From: Coleofasciculus sp. B1-GNL1-01
Lineage (GTDB): Bacteria > Cyanobacteriota > Cyanobacteriia > Cyanobacteriales > Coleofasciculaceae
DNA: 64,000 nucleotides
Assembly: GCA_040220235.1 (NCBI GenBank)
Contig: JAVJTO010000049.1
Reading direction: 5' to 3' (one strand)
Part shown: in pieces, positions 59,501 through 64,000 of the stretch
Layout of the letters: each line of letters begins with the position of its first letter
How positions within the stretch are numbered: position 1 is the stretch's first letter
Translations under genes and position numbers: made by a program
The notes under the pieces: model-generated
The model's input: only the letters and a program-made list of their open reading frames with translations
The model's database searches: none
Told to the model about the DNA's origin: nothing

Positions 59501-61457
59501 AGGTGGAATATTCCAACAGCTTGGACAACTCGATAAAGCTATCGAAGCTTTCCAACAGGGGGTTGAGATTAGCCAAGCTATCGATGACCAACGCTCATTG
59601 GTAATTGGATTTAACTGCTTAGGTGGAGTATTCCAGCAGCTTGGACGCCTCGATGAAGCCATCCACGCTTTCCAACGTCAGGTTGAAATTAGCCAAACTC
59701 TCGATGACCAACGCCAAATGGCAATTGGACTCCACCGCTTAGGTGGAGTATTCCAGCAGCAAGAAAAGCGTGATGAAGCTATCGAAGCTTTTCAACAGGT
59801 GGTTGCAATAAGCCAAGCTATCGATGACCCACGGAGTCTAACCATGGGACTTAGTAGTATCAGTAGATTACTACAAGAACAAGGTCAGATTGTAGAGGCT
59901 ATCGATACTCTCTATCGTATTGTTGCTATTGAGGATAACTTAGGCAATCAACGTGGTTTGGCAATGACTCTGAGTAGTTTGAGTGGCTTACTACGAGAGC
60001 AAGGTCGGATTGCAGAGACTCTCGATACTCTTGAGCGCATTATCACAATCGAGGAACAGCTAGGTAACCAAAGTAGTTTGGCAAGAACACTTAACCGCTT
60101 AAGCATGGTGCTGCTTGATCAAGGTCGCTTTGATGAAGCCGTAGATGCTTTCCAACGTAGTGTTGATATTAGCAAACAACTTGATGATCAACAAGAGTGG
60201 GTGATCGCACGCACCAGTCAGGCGGTAGTATTACATGAGCTGGGGTGTTTCTGGTTACAGCAGCACAGGCGCTTAGACGAAGCGGAACAATTTCTCCGGC
60301 GTAGTCAGGCTATCTGCGAGGAGTTGGACAACCAACATAGTCTGGTGATGGTATTAAACAGCTTAAGTGGAGTGCTAAAGCGACAAGGGCGTCTTGATGA
60401 AGCCGAGGACATTCTCCGACGCAGCCAAGCTATTTCAGAAGAATTAAATGACCCCCAATCTTTAGCCATGGTATTATACAGCTTAAGTGGAGTGCTAGTG
60501 CGACAGCAGAAATGCCATGATGCTGAGAAAATTTTTCGCCGCAGATACGATTTAGCCCAGAAACTCGAAGACCAACACGGACAAGCCATTATATTAAATA
60601 GTTTAGGTGGAGTGCTAAAGCGACAAGGGCGTCTTGATGAAGCCGAGGACATTCTCCGACGCAGCCAAGCTATTTCAGAAGAATTAAATGACCCCCAATC
60701 TTTAGCCATGGTATTAAACAGTTTAGGTGGAGTGCTAGAGCGACAGCAGAAATGGTATGATGCTGAGAAAATTCTTCGCCGCAGCTACGATTTAGCCCAG
60801 AAACTGGAAGACCAACGCGGACAAGCCATGATTTTGAATAGTTTAGGTCAGGTACTCTACAAGCAGAGAACTGAGGAGAAAATCGAGTTAGCTTTCATGT
60901 ATTTCCGAGCAAGTGTGAAACTGGGTGAACAACTAGACGACTCATCCCACCTCGCCAAAGTTCACACAGCTATGGGTCAAGCCTTTCTTGCCAAAGGTGA
61001 TACAGAACAGGCAATTATCGAATTTGACAAAGGTTTCACCATTGATGAGCATTTGCAAAATCCTCGCGGACTCCAGATTGTAACAGGCGAATTGACTTAT
61101 GCTCTCACTAAGCTAAACCGACGTGAGGAAGCCATCCGTTATTGTCAAAGAGCGCTAGCTGTTGCACCAGAAAACCAACGACTCCTACATTTGTCTGAGC
61201 AACTCTCCTCACCATCCAAACCAACCGCTAAACCTGTATTTAAACAAGGTTCAGTCAAATTTATCAAATACCACGAGCAAGGTTATCACTGGGGATATAT
61301 TATCCCCGATGATGGCAGTGAGGATATTTATTTTCGCGAAGGGTATATCAATCCCCACTGTTTATCCAAATTGGCAAAAGGCACACTTGTTGAAGTCGAA
61401 GTCAAGCAAACCGCCAAAGGAGCTTGTGCTAAAAATGTTAGGATAATATCGAATTGA
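56505..61457 (+). CDS. STAND NTPase: EAD-like N-terminus, NB-ARC, TPR array, C-terminal cold-shock domain
   Basis: FTGRE, GAGGIGKS, LLIFDNA, IITTR, GKLPLAL, FHPL; 40-aa TPRs; GSVKF...WGYIIPDDGSEDIYF...AKNVR. Confidence 0.92.
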   Translation: MMKLKPQLLRFLVRMPTTQTVRERKALLAYLGFERLSSKIKWDNSNNFVFFTELVELLISEGKTELLSCLNNLVEIEWIGLEDQEKLRCLIADIDALDDQGWEYEFRGESNRQKSSSIPFILPQLDVSTFTGREQELQQLEDLLLQRQGSKLCSIVGLAGAGGIGKSALACHFATQYRGEFPDGVIGIQVNGKDVDTIAREFVRRIGAELDPEDERDAATIMQEMFAHRRMLLIFDNADQPKIKVLRPGGNRCAVIITTRDRNLPLSLDIPDQGTIDLPPLPEPDSWLLLQRILGEERVVAEEEAAREIIQLVGKLPLALQIVGAALRQKRRSLADYAASLREEKTRLTRLKVRGDEELNVIASLTLSVELLEPDEIDFFACLSVCAKEGFSRRTAMVVGNCQDEWIAQEYLDCLYQLSLLNYAEVGENRFVFHPLIRLFAQELAETRQLQEVAAERHGQFFIELVKSSEVNIAAEIAEDLDDIILAAQWLQRQETTTKRQQKSQYGFAFCLQPFFKQYGYWQQAVDFMSGFQLLARLNEDWNKAVEFLIQQVNYLSLLGEWSRAEEVLTLIPDILSKIEVEATRQRYEAKWRTNLGIILQRQRRFDEAIQVFQRQVEISQTLDDQRELAIGFNCLGGVFQQLGQLDEAIEAFQRRIEISQILDDQRELAIGLNCLGGVFQQQRQFDEAIQAFQQVVEISQTLHDQRQMAIGLNCLGRAFQEQGQLDEAIQAFQQVVEISQTLNDQRQMAIGLNCLGGVFQQQRRLDEAIQVFQQVVEISQTLNDQRQMAIGLNCLGRAFQEQGQLDEAIQAFQRQVEISQTLDDQRSLAIGLNCLGGVFQQLGRLDEAIEAFQRRIEISQAIDDQHSLAIGFNCLGGVFQQQGQLDEAIQVFQRQVEISQTLNEQHSLTIGFNCLGGVFQKLGRFDEAIEAFQRRIEISQAIDDQRSLAIGFNCLGGVFQQLQQQGRLDEAIHAFQQVVEISQAIDDQRQMAIGFNCLGGIFQQLGQLDKAIEAFQQGVEISQAIDDQRSLVIGFNCLGGVFQQLGRLDEAIHAFQRQVEISQTLDDQRQMAIGLHRLGGVFQQQEKRDEAIEAFQQVVAISQAIDDPRSLTMGLSSISRLLQEQGQIVEAIDTLYRIVAIEDNLGNQRGLAMTLSSLSGLLREQGRIAETLDTLERIITIEEQLGNQSSLARTLNRLSMVLLDQGRFDEAVDAFQRSVDISKQLDDQQEWVIARTSQAVVLHELGCFWLQQHRRLDEAEQFLRRSQAICEELDNQHSLVMVLNSLSGVLKRQGRLDEAEDILRRSQAISEELNDPQSLAMVLYSLSGVLVRQQKCHDAEKIFRRRYDLAQKLEDQHGQAIILNSLGGVLKRQGRLDEAEDILRRSQAISEELNDPQSLAMVLNSLGGVLERQQKWYDAEKILRRSYDLAQKLEDQRGQAMILNSLGQVLYKQRTEEKIELAFMYFRASVKLGEQLDDSSHLAKVHTAMGQAFLAKGDTEQAIIEFDKGFTIDEHLQNPRGLQIVTGELTYALTKLNRREEAIRYCQRALAVAPENQRLLHLSEQLSSPSKPTAKPVFKQGSVKFIKYHEQGYHWGYIIPDDGSEDIYFREGYINPHCLSKLAKGTLVEVEVKQTAKGACAKNVRIISN
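58320..59840 (+). repeat. Twelve-plus near-identical 120-bp TPR-coding tandem repeats
   Basis: Recurring GATGAAGC.ATC.AAG.TTTCCAAC...AATTGGA.T.AACTGCTTAGGTGGAGTATTCCA every 120 bp; one unit is 9 bp longer. Confidence 0.95.
60348..60845 (+). repeat. 240-bp tandem duplication within the TPR region
   Basis: GGAGTGCTAAAGCGACAAGGGCGTCTTGATGAAGCC... at about 60369 and 60609. Confidence 0.9.
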
Positions 61458-61851
61458 GAACAGAAGGCAGAGGACAGAAGGTTGATGACTGAGATGTATA
61501 AATATAAAGCCTATCATAAACATAGTTTAAGCCTCAATTGTAGGAGCAGGTTTAGCCGTTTAATTCGAGTATTTACCGATAACTCTCAACAAAACCCGCC
61601 CTTCCTTATCTATCTGATACTGTCCCTCTCCTGAAATCTTGCCACACCAATAATAAATCCCACGTTACCGTGAGGTGGGCAAACGTAACAAACGATAACA
61701 TCAGCATTTTCAAGTTAATAATGTTTGCCCACCCTACAGGATAAAAGCTACCAACTTCAGCAATAACCAGCGAGAATGAACAGAGCGATCGCGTATTTGG
61801 ATAAACTAGATCGAGTTGTACATAGACACCAGCATGGGTCGGAGTATCTCT

Positions 61852-62259
61852 ATGTCTTTGGAAGAGATCAAAGAACAGGTTAACCAATTATCTGTAAGCG
61901 ATCGCCTCGCCCTGATCAGTGCGATCATTCAATCCCTAGAAGATACCAACCTGCAGGAAAACTGGCACTATCTGGTGGCACGTCCCCATCCGTGGCGACG
62001 CCAACTTTACATAAAAGGACGCAAACTCCTGGCTTCAACAGTTTGGCAAGATAAGATTGTCAATGAAATGACACCCGAACAAGCCGCAGAAAATTGGGAT
62101 TTGCCTCTACCCGCAATCTATGAAGTGATCCATTACTGCGAAAGTCATCGAGATCTGATCAAGTTAGAAGCAGACGAAGAACGCTATCGTTTAGAAGAAA
62201 AAGGAGTTTTATCTGAGTCAATTTATTATTCTCAATCAATGGAACTACTGAACAAGTAA
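61852..62259 (+). CDS. DUF433-like putative antitoxin
   Basis: RPHPWRRQLYIKGRKL, TPEQAAENWDLPL.AIYEVI.Y; C-terminus appears rearranged. Confidence 0.7.
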   Translation: MSLEEIKEQVNQLSVSDRLALISAIIQSLEDTNLQENWHYLVARPHPWRRQLYIKGRKLLASTVWQDKIVNEMTPEQAAENWDLPLPAIYEVIHYCESHRDLIKLEADEERYRLEEKGVLSESIYYSQSMELLNK

Positions 62260-62478
62260 ACGGAGAAAAGCCCTGGCGATCGCAGATGAAAAAATTCACT
62301 CCAAGTTTAGAGTTTGTAGTCAGCGCTAAAGCGCTGATGGTACTAAAGTACCAACTACGAACCCAGTTTGATAACCTGCTTCTCACCGAGGACTTGGGTT
62401 CGGGACTTCAGTTGTTGACGCAAAAGAACATAATAGTATAGTTACCTCTATCACTGTCGCTCATCCCCAGTCACCATC

Positions 62479-63777
62479 GTGTCCCAGGTTGTTCTCGAAA
62501 ACGTTTACAAAAGCTTTCCTAGTCGCCAAGACAGGTCAACTGTTGCGCCTGTGACAACAGAACCCTTGCTGACTCCTACGGATGAAGCGCCACTGATAGC
62601 CGTTGATTCATCCTCGGCGTCATCGGGAAGCGTGAATGTTTTGCGGCGGATTAATCTGAGAGTCTACGATGGCGAGTTTATGGTATTGGTGGGTCCTTCG
62701 GGGTGTGGTAAAAGCACCCTGCTGCGGGTGATTGCGGGATTAGAGGAATTAACCGGGGGGAAAATTTGGGTAGGCGATCGCATGGTAAATGATTTACCCC
62801 CAAAAGCCCGCAATATTGCCATGGTGTTTCAAAATTATGCCCTTTATCCACACCTGACGGTCTACGATAATATTGCCTTTGGCTTGCGGCGAACAAGGGT
62901 GGGATTAGCCTACGAAAAGCCTACCACCGAGAAACCCCTGTGGGTGGAGAATGCTTTAATTAGGATGACGCGATCGCTTCCCAAACAATGGCGTTATTTC
63001 TCCGATCGCGAACGGGCGATTGATGATCAGGTGCGCTACGTCGCCAAACTCCTGCAAATTGAACCCCTGCTGAATCGACGCCCCAAACAGCTATCCGGGG
63101 GACAAAAGCAACGAGTCGCCCTCGGGCGTGCGATCGCCCGGAACCCCCAAGTCTTTCTCATGGATGAACCCCTTTCCAATCTAGACGCCAAACTCCGGGC
63201 GGAAACCCGCAGTCAAATCGTGCGCTTACAACGCCAGTTAGGAACCACCACTCTCTATGTCACCCACGATCAAACTGAAGCCATGACGATGGGCGATCGC
63301 ATTGCGGTGATGAATCAGGGGGAAATTCAGCAAATCGCCCCTCCCCTCGAACTCTATAACCACCCCGCCAATCGCTTTGTCGCCGAATTTATCGGTTCAC
63401 CGCCGATGAACTTTATTCCGGTTCAATTTAAAGCGCCCCTGCTGATTCAGCATCGCCAATTTCGGCTCACGCTTCCAGAGGTTTGGCAACCCTTTCTGCA
63501 AGAATATGATGGACGATCTTTAATTTTAGGAATTCGTCCCGAACATTTGAGTGTCAGTGTTCCCGCCCCGAAAAACTTATCGGTTACTGTTGAACAAGTC
63601 GAAGCCTTGGGCAATGATACCTATTTATTAGTTAAGCTGGATCGGAAGATTCGATTACAAGCCCGAATCCCTGCTGATCATGTCGTCAAAGTCGGCGATC
63701 AAATTTGGTTATCGATTAACGCGGATAAAGTTCATTTCTTTGATGAAAGAACAGGTCAAGCGATTCGGTCTAATTAG
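62479..63777 (+). CDS. MalK/MsiK-type sugar ABC transporter ATP-binding protein
   Basis: GPSGCGKST, VFQNYALYPH, LSGGQKQR, DEPLSNLDA, FIGSPPMN, TOBE domain. Confidence 0.95.
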   Translation: MSQVVLENVYKSFPSRQDRSTVAPVTTEPLLTPTDEAPLIAVDSSSASSGSVNVLRRINLRVYDGEFMVLVGPSGCGKSTLLRVIAGLEELTGGKIWVGDRMVNDLPPKARNIAMVFQNYALYPHLTVYDNIAFGLRRTRVGLAYEKPTTEKPLWVENALIRMTRSLPKQWRYFSDRERAIDDQVRYVAKLLQIEPLLNRRPKQLSGGQKQRVALGRAIARNPQVFLMDEPLSNLDAKLRAETRSQIVRLQRQLGTTTLYVTHDQTEAMTMGDRIAVMNQGEIQQIAPPLELYNHPANRFVAEFIGSPPMNFIPVQFKAPLLIQHRQFRLTLPEVWQPFLQEYDGRSLILGIRPEHLSVSVPAPKNLSVTVEQVEALGNDTYLLVKLDRKIRLQARIPADHVVKVGDQIWLSINADKVHFFDERTGQAIRSN

Positions 63778-64000
63778 GGTTTGTTGTAGGGAGTGGTGAG
63801 GTGAGGGGGAGATGGGGAAGATGAGGGAGACACAAAAAGTGTGGGTAGGAGGGAACAGTAGTGCGAGCGTCTCGCTCGCTATTGGTTTTTCACCGAAAAC
63901 TCAGAGTAAAAACTTGTTGTGGAGAGAAATTACAGCAGTTTGCTCTGCTATGCGGTACATTGTCGATCCCCCTAAATCCCCCTTAAAAAGGGGGACTTTG

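Noticed and set aside
58349..60709. Repetitive minus-strand ORFs
   Set aside because: Antisense shadows of the TPR repeats.

Overview
64-kb chromosomal segment of a cyanobacterium. Frequent HIP1 GCGATCGC octamers, chlB, cyanobacterial PEP-CTERM, Uma2 and pentapeptide genes and dense short repeats support this; a filamentous, Coleofasciculus-like host is inferred, not proven. Housekeeping genes (map, purB, chlB, rph, adk, a MalK-type ATPase, an OmpR/HK pair) are interleaved with accessory blocks. (1) A hybrid RiPP locus at 26.6-37.8 kb encodes HlyD, a C39-peptidase ABC exporter, LanM with a mersacidin-type precursor, and an atypical radical SAM enzyme flanked by two Cys-free double-Gly peptides built from repeated motifs (xYVGG; GEPQPQP). 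(2) A pyrimidine-nucleotide operon at 44.0-47.4 kb encodes an MtrA-like/ThyA/DUF4346 fusion, a dCMP deaminase, an apparently catalytically degenerate membrane-anchored Dcd-fold protein and a DNPH1/NDT-like N-glycosidase. (3) An NLR-like STAND protein (EAD-NB-ARC-TPR-cold shock) has mosaic 120-bp repeats and follows a 5'-truncated trypsin gene. (4) Smaller items include an HNH three-gene operon, a membrane Hsp70/GrpE-like pair, duplicated PEP-CTERM genes with conserved promoter direct repeats, deletion scars and nested MITE/REP elements. All family calls come from motif recognition by eye; no searches were run. No rRNA, tRNA or CRISPR array was seen.
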